The notes under the pieces: generated by a model
What the model saw: the letters and a program-made list of their open reading frames with translations, nothing else
Databases searched by the model: none
Told to the model about the DNA's origin: nothing
Position numbers and translations under genes: made by a program
Origin: Cercozoa sp. M6MM
Lineage: Eukaryota > Protista > Endomyxa: Ascetosporea
Direction: 5' to 3' (one strand)
Assembly (NCBI GenBank): GCA_040357565.1
Contig: JBDODJ010000025.1
DNA length: 64,000 nt
Part shown: one piece after another, positions 41,255 through 52,659 of the stretch
Position numbering within the stretch: the first letter of the stretch is position 1
Layout: every line of letters begins with the position of its first letter

Positions 41255-42150
41255 TCACTTGGTGGCGCCGACAGCGCACCAGCGTTTGAGGAGTTCGTAG
41301 CACGTGAGCATCACGGGCACCTGGATGCTCATCTGTGTGACGCGTGCCGACAGACCGCCTGTCAAGCACAACAGACACACATGAAGGGTATAGCCAGATA
41401 GGCAATGTGATAGGTAGAGAAAGAAGGCACGCGTGAAGCCTCGCCAGCCCTCGTTGGCGACAAGTTCGCGCACAGTGTCGCGAACAGAGACGTGGGCACG
41501 GTCGTCCACCTGGAGTCGCGCACGCACGACATCGACAGGGTTGGTAGCGATGGCACCAGTGACACCGGCCAGAGAGGCAGCAGACACGAGCACACCGACG
41601 TCGTTTTCGTGCTCGTCAGCAGCGCTGTCGCTGAGGTCGCTGCTGTTCCTGTTGCTATGATCATGAGGCTCGTCGATCACGCTGTGGATCAGCGATCGGT
41701 AGAGCGAGAAAGTGCCCCACACCTGCACACATTACAGACAGAGACAGTAATTATATCTACACATAAATTATATACATATATATATTACTTATATATATAT
41801 ATGTCTGTATTAAAGTCTAAAAAGATGGGTACAGTGGCACTGGTGGGCGCGTAGGTGCACAAAGACACAGCATAGCCTCTCCACAAGCCTCGCCAGCCGC
41901 ACTGCTGCACCACGTCGCGTGCTATCCTCAGCGACGACCTCTCTGGTCCACTACACTCCAAGTATATACAACATCCAAACACTCAAAGGTGACTTCAAGG
42001 CATAAGACACCTGTATCTATGCGCAGCACTCGGCGTGTTGTGTCCGGTTTCGATCATGCGTCGTTGCGACACAACGTCCAGTGGCACAATGAAGCACTGC
42101 GACACTGCACTGGCACTGGCGCCGGCCTATCCACACACATACATACATAT

Positions 42151-42185
<35 letters not shown>

Positions 42186-42827
42186 GATACAATACATACA
42201 AGAAACACCGATACACCAAGGAAAAAGCACCATGACAGCACCAGCAGACGATGTGAGAGCAGGCGCATCGTAAAGGTTGCTCAACGTTCGAGTGTATACC
42301 TGTCGTGTCATCTCGAGTGTTGTCACGTACTAAGCACACACACACACACACACACACACAGGCACAGTTAAAACAGGCCACAGTCAGTGTTTTTAGTCAA
42401 GATACAATCGGAGTGATGGCTGAAGAGCTGAGGTTCACAAATAAGCCCTTGTACAGGCCGCGAAAACCCTCATTCCGCAGCACAGTTCGAAAGCAGTGCC
42501 ACTGTGTCAACAAAGCACATCAGGGGCTACTAGAGAAATGCGCAAATTGCAAGATCATCTTACAGCATTCCGGTATTCGCCAGCATCACTAGTTTGGAGT
42601 CTTGTGCGCACCAGACTCTGCATCCAAACGTTTGAACTGACTGAAATATTTTTCTCATTTTAAAACGATACCAGCGGATAGAGAATCGTGCGCAAACCGA
42701 CAGTCGAAGCTGCAAGGAGATACTCAAGGTTAAAGGACACGAGATAGCACGCTCAGGTACCTGGCAATACGGTATAGAACTTTCGTTTGTCGAGCTGACT
42801 GTACTGCACGTCGCGGTACTCGGGCAT
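41255..42827 (-). CDS. Mitochondrial carrier, SLC25A44-like
   Basis: MPEYRDVQYSQLDKRKFY, GFRGLYKG, VPLDVVSQRRM, GWRGLWRGYAVSLCTYAPTSA, TNPVDVVRARLQV. Confidence 0.88.
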
Positions 42828-43166
42828 TTTCCTGCAAAACAAATAAAAATCGAGTCCGCGCGGGAATGCAATGCGCTGATCAGAATGTGAAAACGCGGAC
42901 GCTCTTTGAAAAGAAAACTAGCGCTACCAGACGCACGGAAACAAACTGTGTCACCCTCAACGCGTGCGGTTGCTCCAGCTGCGGGCCAGATCTTTCAAAA
43001 AAAGCCATGGCTACAGGACTGCAAAATTAAACCTGCGCACTGGGTACTGGGCAGGGAACACTGCTTAACAGCAAGTACGTGTGTGTACACACCTCATTCT
43101 GTGTATTGGTTGCAGTAGCGCGCTGTTTGACGGGATTGGATTCCGTGACTTCGTCTTGGTCGGGTG

Positions 43167-44158
43167 ATGTACTTCGACCTGTGCGTTGCCGATGACGGCA
43201 ACCTGGCGACCCGTCGCGCCTTTGCTGAGATGGCAATCCGATGTACTATTTTTGCTGTCGCGTTTCTCGTGTCTGACCCAGTGAATTAAATATGTGTTTG
43301 AGCAGTGGGCTACGACGGCCTGGCATTTGAGACAGTTCTGACGGGCCGTTTGCAGAAGAATCACCGCAGCAACTTTGAAGCAGTGCAAGTGGAGGTGCCG
43401 AAAGAAAGTGATTTGGAGCTTCAGAGCGGTTTTCTTCGACTGAGCGATCGAAAGCGACGTTTGCGTCAGTTTTCGCGACTCACAGTGGTGCTTCGCGATG
43501 CAGCACAGGCGAGCTCGCTCTCGCAGGCCAAGCAAGCGATCGAAAGCTACGATCTCGTGGCCATGCAGCCAACTGATGAACGTACTTTTGTCCAGGCATG
43601 TCAGAACATCGATTGCGACGTGATCTCACTCGATATGGGCGCGAAACGTCTCTTCAAGCTGAAGTTTCGTGCCATCTCGGCTGCCTTGCAGCGTGGTGTG
43701 TACTTTGAAGTGAAACTCGCGCCTGCTCTCGACGAGCAAAACCGCGTTAACTTTGTTGCCAACGTTTCGACACTGCTGCGACTCACGAGAGGCAAGCAAC
43801 TCGTGTTCTCCTCGGGCGCGGATGCGCCGATCGCGATGCGGAGTCCTCATTCGGTAGTTCTTTTTCGCTTTGAGTGTTTTGCTGATCAAAGCTTCTGTGT
43901 GCTCAGTTGATGGCTCTGGCATCGCTGTTTGGCGCCAAGCGCAACCTCGCGCAAACTTGCGTGTCGGACACGTCGCACTCGCTGCTGGTGCGTGCCGCCT
44001 CCAGGAGGACGACCAAGCAGCTCTTTGATGCACGTCCTGCCTCGCACCAGACCGACGAGTGGAAGCGAGTGCCCTCCGCTGCCAAGCCGGAACACGAGCG
44101 GCCTGCCGCCGACGTGGAAGACGAGCCGCCTCAGAAGAAGCAGCGCACGTCCAAGTAG
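43167..44158 (+). CDS. RPP30: RNase P/MRP subunit p30
   Basis: MYFDLCV..AIRLGYDGLA, RQFSRLTVVL, YDLVAMQPTDERTFVQAC, DVISLD, RGVYFEV, LVFSSGA..MRSP. Confidence 0.93.
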
Positions 44159-44181
44159 CGTGGTTAGTGAGTTAGTTTGGT

Positions 44182-44338
44182 CTAAGAAACCAACGGTGTG
44201 CACTAACCTTGAAGAAGGTAATCTGGGAACTTCACAAGCGATGGCCTACCCTAAGCAAGCGGTAGATTACCGTAAGGCCATTCGCTTGTGACCCACACCA
44301 GGCATGGTTCCTTAGTAGATTGAACTGACTAACTGACG
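44182..44338 (+). mobile_element. Short element homologous to the LINE 3' end (SINE-like or severely truncated related LINE)
   Basis: Shares ordered blocks with 24487-24655 (TGCAC.AACC.TGAAG, TCTGGG, CCTACCCTAAGC..GCGGTAGA, GGCCAT, CTTGTGACCCAC.CCAG, AACT-type tail). Confidence 0.8.
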
Positions 44339-44626
44339 TTATAAACTGCCGAGGTACTCGACAAGAACCTCGCCCGACAGTGTGCTAGCATCACATGCAT
44401 GGAGTGGCAAAGGGAAAGTCGATGATGGGAGCGTCATGGATGTGACCGACAAATATCATAAATACAGTTTTCAAAGCAAGGGGGGCAAGGCGGCAAGGCC
44501 CCTGGGGCTACAGTTGTCGAGACTATCGTATCAAGATGACCAAAGGAGGGAGGTGACTTCAGTTGTCGCGAATGTCGGTCCACGCAGTGCGCACCTGTCA
44601 CATATGTACATGTGATGTGTATTTAA

Positions 44627-45988
44627 TCAAAGGAGGGGGGGGCTGGCTACCTCCTCGGAGGAGCGACTGCGGTCGTCGGACAGGTCCTGCCAAGTCTCGA
44701 GCGACGGCGCCGAGTCAAAGTCGAGCTTGTGGAAGCGCACGCCGCCAAGCACACGCTCAGGTAGCTCGTCCTCCTCCTGGCCCTCGATGATGAAGACGAG
44801 GTCCATCGTCACGTAGGTCACGTAGCTGCGCACCATGTTGAGAATGCCCGTGGCGATCGTGCTGCTCGGCAGGTTGACCTCCCACTCCATGTCTGTCCAG
44901 TCATCCGTCCCAATTAATCACCAGTCATTTTAAAATATAGATCGGTGTGTGTGTGTGTGTGTGTGTGTGTGGTTACAGTTGAGTTCGTTGTCGACAAAGT
45001 ACTTCATGTCGACCTTGGTGCCCAGGATGGCCGGCCGACAGTTGTAGCCAATCGTCATCTTGACCGCCCACGGCGCATCCACCTGCACACGAAATCGAAA
45101 GTCGCATACAGCAAGGATGCAGAGAACAACACAAAGCGCAAAGCAAACAACAAACCAGCAGAGGCAGAATCTTGAGTCGCTTGTTTCGGTACTCGGCGTC
45201 ACCCTCCATGAAACGCTGCCAACATCGGTCAAAGGCCTCGTCATTGTCAGTGGACACGCATTCGCCTGCCAAGCAGCGAACCAAACATCAACCGGTTCAA
45301 TCGAAATAAAAACTAGTCAATCTGGAGAAACGCTGCGTACCGTTTTGCTCGGGCTTCACGGCAGCAAAGTAGCACACGAACGAGCCGTACGGCATCAAGA
45401 AGTTCACAACGAGGAAGAAGTGGTTCTTGCCCTCCTCGCGAGCACGTCGGACGAGCAAATGCTCCTTGCGCGAGATCGGCGACTAAAAAGTCAAATGCAC
45501 CAACAACACGCACCGGAAACCATCTCTTGATTGGTATACGGGAAACGCACACTGTAGGGTCCATCCGCGCGGAAGAGATCAACACCCACGCAGTGCAGGA
45601 TGGGTTCCTGCAGGAAAAGAGTGACATAAGGAATACAGGGAAGCCCACAGATCAGTTGAGTTACCTTTGACGGGTACTTGACCCTATCAGAAAGGTAGTC
45701 GGCGCCACGGACCTTAAATCTATCACCAGCTGCGACAAGGAGGATCAGGGTACCCAGATTAATGGTCGGGAGAGAAGGAAAACTTACGCGGCACAGAGTA
45801 TGCGTTGCTCTCGGTGTACTCCACGTCCACCTGAACAGACCAGAACGGGTACAATGTACAGCTGAAAGTGCATCAATTCAGAGAACACAACTGGACAATC
45901 GACAAAGGTCAAACTTTCATAAGTCGAAAAAGACAAAACATCGCACCTCGGGCAGCACGCCGTGGTACGCCGAGCCTGACTCCGACAT
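44627..45988 (-). CDS. DUF1336 / EDR2 C-terminal-like protein
   Basis: FKVRGADYLSDRVKYPS, FMEGDAEYRNKRLKIL, APWAVKM..PAILG, MDLVFIIEGQEEDELPERVLGGVRF. Confidence 0.85.
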
Positions 45989-46212
45989 TGTTCACCTAAA
46001 CGCCGGAATAATGGCCAGCACCGTGTTAGGCAGGGTCTCGCGAACACTCGCGCTCTGCGCGATCGGCTCATCATTTTCTGAGTCGAAAATGCTCTGACTG
46101 CCTGACGGGTTGTCTAGATCTGAAACGACAGTAAGGTTGTGCTGCCACAATATTAGTTGGGTGGAGGACCTTTACGCTGGTGCGACGGACGAAAAGAGCG
46201 GGGAAAAGCTGC

Positions 46213-48059
46213 ATGTCGAAAAAGCGTAACATGCCAGTCTCCGATGAGAACGAACGGCCGCCCCAACGCGCACGTACTGCCGATGCACAGGATGCCTCGG
46301 GTGTGTCTCGTTCTTTGTTTACACTGTCGCCTTCTGCACTGCTTCTCGAGTGCAGTGCCGAAACCATTGTTGCGGTGGCTGGACGACTGCGATGAAAGCA
46401 GCTTTGCCATTGGCATCGACGAGCAGCGTTTTGGGGAAACCGAAACAGGCACAGAGGAAGTGAAACTTGCGCTCTGTGACATGGACTGGACTCTTGTAAA
46501 ACCTGGTACCCTTACTTTCATGGCTGGGAGTTGCTTTATGCTCTGTGGCTCAGCGAGTGGCCGAAAATTCGCGATCAATGCCTCGGACTGGCAGTTTCTG
46601 GTGCCTGAAGTTCCTCAAGTACTCGGCAAGCTGCACAACGACGGGTTTCGTGTCGTTCTCATCACCAATCAAGCTGGGTACAACGTTGATATTATCATTT
46701 GTGCTGAGTCAGTTAAGATAAATTTCAAGTTGGTTCGCTTTTTGATTGATAGCGTGTCGAAGGGCAAGCGAACAGTGAGCGACGTGAAAAAGCAGATCGA
46801 CAGCGTGGCACGTGCCGTTCGCAAAACCTGTGCTTCCTTCACACTGGACGCCCTTGTCTCCTTTCGCAAGAACCGATGGCGGGTACGACTGCCCTTATAT
46901 AAGTTGTCTCCCTTTCTTCACATTCATATTGAGAATAGAAACCGCATCCTCACCTGGTGTTGCGGTACCTGAATCGAATCGGTGCGAAGCGCGTTCACCG
47001 CGACAGTTTTGTTTGCGGCGATGCCGCCGGCCGAGTCGCCTTGAATCGTACCATTGGGTTATTACCTTTGCACAAGTGAAAGTAAAAGTGAAAATGAAGC
47101 GAAACATGTTGTTTGCATCGCAGGCAAAGTGAAACGCGACTTTGGAGTCGGTGATCGCTGTCTGGCGCACAATCTCGGTCTGCGTTTCGTCGTGCCAGAG
47201 CAGCTTTTTTGCAAAGAAGTTGACACGCGTGAGTTCGACTGGCGCTGCTTCAACAGTGCCGAGTTCTTGGAGTCTTGCGGTCGGAGTGTTCCTCAACTGC
47301 ACGCGAACAACTGGCTTCGGCTCTACGCAAACGAAAGTGCGTGCGAAAATGAAAGTGAAAGCGAAAGTGAAAGTGAAAACGAAAGCGAAAGCGAAAGTGA
47401 AACCGACAGCGAAAAAAGAGAAATGGTGCTCATCGTGGCTGCACCTGCTTCTGGAAAGTCTTCGTTCGTGCGTCGTCGTTTTCCTGAGCACGTGCGTGCC
47501 AACAATGACGATCAAGGCACTTCCGAGTGCAAGAGAATCGTCAAGCAAGCACTCAGCGATGGTGCCAACATCGTTATTGACAACACAAATGGACGGTACT
47601 TTTGATTCAAGTAGAATGAATGTTGCTGTTTGAGAAACTGACTTGTGCAGAGCCAATGCTCGCAAGTACTGGATCCAGCTCGCGAAAAAGCACGGCTACA
47701 CGGTGCGATGCGTGTGGATCACGACTTCTAAGCCACTGTCAATGCATCTCACTTTGCTTCGAGAGTCCAGTACATTGTTGCTTCACTGTAGTCCAACCCC
47801 ATACTGTGTGTTTGCCTGTGCAGTGGGCTTGCGCAATAGATTGCCTCCCGTTGCGTTGCACTCGTACCACAAGTACTTTGACGAGCCGTCTTTGGGTACA
47901 GTGGTTCTCCTTTCATCTTGGTGTCCACTCACACGCCAGGATACGTATACTTGTGCAGAGGAAGGCTTCCACAGCTTGCAGAAACTTAATTTTGCGCCAC
48001 ATTTCTCTGACGCTGACGCTGTACAGAAACACTTATTCGCTTGCCGCTTCGTCGAGTAA
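46213..48059 (+). CDS. PNKP: Polynucleotide kinase 3'-phosphatase
   Basis: DMDWTL, SGRKFAINASDWQF, VLITNQAG, WRKP, GDAAGR, DFGVGDR..NLGLRFVVPEQLF, AAPASGKSSF, VIDNTN. Confidence 0.92.
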
Positions 48060-48722
48060 GGGAGAGTGCACCTTGTGTTATTACAGTACTGTAGTTTGCT
48101 GCTGGTAAAAACGACCACAACACAGTCCCCTGCTGGCTCGCGAGTGCCGAAATGGACGGAGTTTGAGCCCATGCACCTGGCACCGTTGCCCTCGTAACGA
48201 CATCCCCTCAGCGTGTTCACAGAGGTCCTGCAACTCGCATTTCATAGGTAATAGCAGTATGTGTGCCTGAAATTCTTGGGGCCTGGTGGCAGAGAAAATT
48301 GGATCTCCCCCTGCCGGCTGCAGTGTGCACAGTGTGCCCCAGGGTGTTGTGAACTAATTACACACACTTTTGCCTAGTCTAGGCGCAGCTGAGTTAATGG
48401 CTACCCTTTTGTGTTCTGATCGCTTGATTTTCGGTGGTTTTGCTGGATGGGTTGTTGCGGCGGTGAATTCTCCCGTCTGGCTGATCTGTTGACGGGTGAT
48501 AACTTGGTATGTTAGCAGCTCCGTTGAAGGGTGGGTGCGAGGACGTCGAAACGAAGCGGGGCAAAAAAAGGCGAAAGCGACGTGTTTGTGTTTGGTTCCT
48601 TTTTGGTGTGTTTGGCTGTGCCTTCGAGAGACGGTGACACAGGTAGTCTTGTCTGTGTTGCTTTACTGAGAAAGTAGGGGGAAGTAAAGGTTGCTGCAAG
48701 GTGCAAGGTACTGTTGTGTAGG

Positions 48723-50190
48723 ATGGGTGGCGTCATCTGCAAGGGCGGCATCGACGACAGCGACGAAGCGCGGCGCAACCGCGACATTGAGCGGCAGCTC
48801 GCCAACGATCAGACCAAGTCGCTGCTGGACTTTAAGGTGCTCGTGCTGGGTGCCGGCGAGTCCGGCAAGTCCACGGTATGGCCCTTGCTGTATTCTCTCT
48901 CCCCTCGGGTCTGTATGTATGCTGGTATGTGTGCACAGGTGGTGAAACAGCTGCGAAACATTCACAAGGGCAAGGCCGCCTTCACCGAGGACGAGATCCT
49001 CGGCTTCACGTCGGTGCTGCAGACCAACACGATCCAGAGCATGAAGCTCCTCGTCAAGGCCGTCGAGTTCTTTGACGTAAGTCGCTTTTCACGCACTAAT
49101 TTTCCAGCAAGACTATCGGCTCACGGGTGGATTTGACGTGAAAAACAGCTCGAATTCGACGACGCCGCCGTCGCAGACTCAGCGGCCGCCATCGACGAGA
49201 AGGACGACAACGCTACGCTGTCACTAGATGACGCTGTGCACGTCGAACGACTGTGGAAAAGCAAGGCCATTCAGGTAGCCCATGCCTCTATATACATGAG
49301 GTATCTTAAGGTACACTGATGTGCACAGACGGTGTACGAGCGGCGCAATGAGATCTACTTCCCGGACGCAGGTCCGTACTACTTTGACAACGTGTACCGT
49401 TTCGTGGAGGACGGTTTCCGACCAACGGAGGAGGACGTGGTGATGGCGCGCATTCGCACCACGGGCATGTTTATGACCGAGTTCGACTTGACGGACCCGC
49501 CAGGTTTTACCTCCCCTTGCTCTCTACCTTTACCCCCCCCGGCCCCCCCCCCCCCCCCCCGTGCAGTGCACTGGCGAGTAGTCGATGTCGGTGGTCAGCG
49601 CAGCGAGCGCAAGAAGTGGATCAAGTTCTTTGACGACGTGCAGGCCATTCTGTTCGTGGTCAACCTGTCGGGTTACAACAAGGTATCCGCCTCCCCCTTC
49701 CCTTCTATCCTTGTATCTATCCTGTCTATGTGCTTCCTGTAGGTACTGTTCGAGGACCAGTCCAAGAACCGGATGCAGGAGGCGATGGAGCTCTTTGACA
49801 AGATCGCCAACACGGACGTGTTCGCTGACACGCCCGTGTTCCTGTGGCTCAACAAGAAAGACCTCTTTGAGGAGTCGCTGCAGGCGACGCCGATCACGTC
49901 GTGCTTCCCCGACTACACTGGCAGCGACAATGTGCACGAGTGCCTCGACCACATCGGACAGGCCTTCAAGAACCTCATGCCCAGTAGCACTTGCTCCTTG
50001 CCCTCCTGTCTGCTTTGATATGCTTGTTTGACCCCCCTGATTAGACGGCAAGGAGCTCGCCGACGTGCAGCCGATTTCTGCGCGCGTGAAGCGCGACGTC
50101 AGGACTGTGTTCGAGGACATGCAGGCCAAGCTCATCCAGATCAACAGCAAGAGCATCCAGCGCGCCGTGCGTCAGCTTGATGATAAGTGA
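48723..50190 (+). CDS. Heterotrimeric G-protein alpha subunit
   Basis: MG..C N-terminus, LGAGESGKST, ARIRTTG, DVGGQRSERKKW, LNKKDLF. Confidence 0.96.
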
Positions 50191-50894
50191 TACCATAAGC
50201 ACACATGCACACGACTGACTGTGCCGACTCACTGACTGACTGATACAATAACACACTACAACTTGAACAAAGCTCGGGTAGTTCCCTTCTGGAGGTATAC
50301 TTTGAGTGCACTCTCCAGCCTCTCGTCTCTGACGCCCAAACTCCTCAACACTGAGGGAATTTTAAACGCGTCAGAGCGAGGGGAAATTGTCATGTGCCAG
50401 ATAGACTGATCAAGATTCTACGAGACTGTGCGCCACTTTAGACTCCATGAACACGTATTTGGGCTCAACGTTAGTTTTCAAGATACAGCAAGAATTAGAG
50501 TTTAGTGCGAACTTGTTGGGGAGCATGTTGGGGAGCACGATCATGACCCTAGAATTGAACCAAAGACTCATTTCTCTGTATCACCTGCGCTCACAAGGTT
50601 TTACATGTCGATGTCTACATATACATACATAAATACAGTATATATAGTTGCGATATCACACCTTTTTGTTGCCATGCTTCAGATTTAAGTTCTTTTACTT
50701 CACTTAGCGTATTGTTTCTGAAGGGCGTAATCACAAACTGAACAAAAGGTTGGCAGAACGGGACGTTCGGAGGCGAGTTTCTTGAGCTGTTTGACTGGAA
50801 GGGGTGGAACTTAAATTTTTATAGTTGAACCCGAAAGTGCTTAAATTTAAACGAGACCTAGACTCTCTGCTTAAAATAGGAGCTAGCTCACGGC

Positions 50895-52341
50895 TTATAC
50901 ACAGACACCGCTTGCATCGCAGGTGCCAACGCACTGAACATCGTCGACACAGTCTTCGCCAGCAGGGAGTTCGCAGACACCACTATTGCAACTAGCCGGT
51001 GGCGTGCATGGATTGGAAGCGTCGCATGTCACTGTCGACCCAGCCTGTCAAAGCGAGCACAAGTTGTCAATGTGTAGACCTCACTGTATTTTGACGTACC
51101 GGAATGGTGCACGTGCCACCTCCTACGGATGGATCGCACACACTGCCAGGTGGGCAGTCGCAGTCGAGTGCGCAGCCAGTATCGCCTGGGGGAATCTGTC
51201 ACGACAAGAAAATTAGATGTGCAACCCACGTGTAGGCGCACATGACAGAGGAAAGAGAACTCACGAGACACTTTCCAAGGAAGGACATGTCATCAAGCGG
51301 ACCCGCGAGACCGTCCAAACTGTTCGCCTGCAGTAGCATGCACACGGCATTGGCATCGGTACAGTCGGCCTCGCACAGGCAAGGCTCGTTCAGGGCGACG
51401 CTGCCGGCAGTTTGCGTGCACACATCGGAGTCGCCCAGGTCACGAGCAGCAGCAGTGGCAACTTCAAACCCGTATGTAGGACAGCCGTTCGATGCCACGG
51501 GATCTGCCACAGAGGCCATGCACGTGGTGGTGCACACTGTGTTCGACACAGCAGGCAGAGTAACACACAAGCATGTGTGTTAAACGCAATACAAAAGCTA
51601 CCCAGGTTGGTGTCAATGCAGTCAGCAGTGGTCGCACACTCGCCGCCAAGACCATTGTTGAGCGTCGGGGTCGGTGAGTCAAAGAGCGTCTTCTCCAGCG
51701 CGACACTGATTTGCAGCTGTGGCACGCAGGCGCTGTTGTCCGGGTCGCAGTGGCCCACCCAAAAACGCGAGGAGCACAGCGGTGTGTCGCCATTGCCGAT
51801 CTGTCTCACAGATTAAATTCAACTGGGACACTCCCATCCAGTCACACCAACTGAACTTACCAGACAAGGCTTGCCCTCAGGACAGAGACAGTCGGGACTG
51901 ATCTTGCCGGAGTGGAAGAACGACGGGTCGCCGCAACGCACGCCAAAGAACGAGTCCTGTAGAGTGCCAACACATTAATTTGGAGTTTGGATGTTGACAG
52001 AAAGCAACGAACAGCGACAGTACCGTCTTGCAGATGAAGGGAGCACCCGCTAGTGTAGTGCGCATCAGGATCGACGAAGCCTCGGTGGTGGAGACACAGC
52101 CATTGTCCTTGTCGCACACACCCGAGCAACACACGGCTGGGTCGACCTGACCCTTGTCATTGACGCATTTTCCTGTTTTGTATTTATCCTATTTTTTTAG
52201 CTTCCCCGGGTTTCAAACAAAATACGGTAGATTTTTACCTTGACGAATACAAGTCGGCCGCATCACCGTCAGAGGCACGAGACCATCAGCGACCACACCC
52301 GAGGCAAACGTTGCCAGCAAGGTACCAAACAGCAGCTTCAT
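50895..52341 (-). CDS. Secreted Cys-rich protein, paralogue of the 6066-9244 gene
   Basis: Signal peptide MKLLFGTLLATFASGVVA, VCCSGVCDKDNG, QIGNGDTPLCSSRFWVGHCDP, ends CVGTCDASGVCV*. Confidence 0.75.
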
Positions 52342-52659
52342 CACGCTTTTTCGTCTCTCTTGCTTCACCTGTCCCCAAACCAAAAACACTTTCGAGATCG
52401 ATCAAAGGTTCAATCAATGAGCAAATATGTGCAAACACATGTCTTAGTTACCTAATACGGCTAAACTATGCACTAGTGCACGCAAAAAACACAAGCTGCG
52501 AAGAGGCACACGGAGATGCACCGAGCGGAGCGACAAATACCAATAAATAGCAAATATACCAAAAATAAAGTGGCACATTGGCTGTTCCGCTCGTTAAATG
52601 CAGAATATGGGAAATTTGGGATGTTTCGTCATTCTTTTCTGTCGTAAAATACAAGCGAA

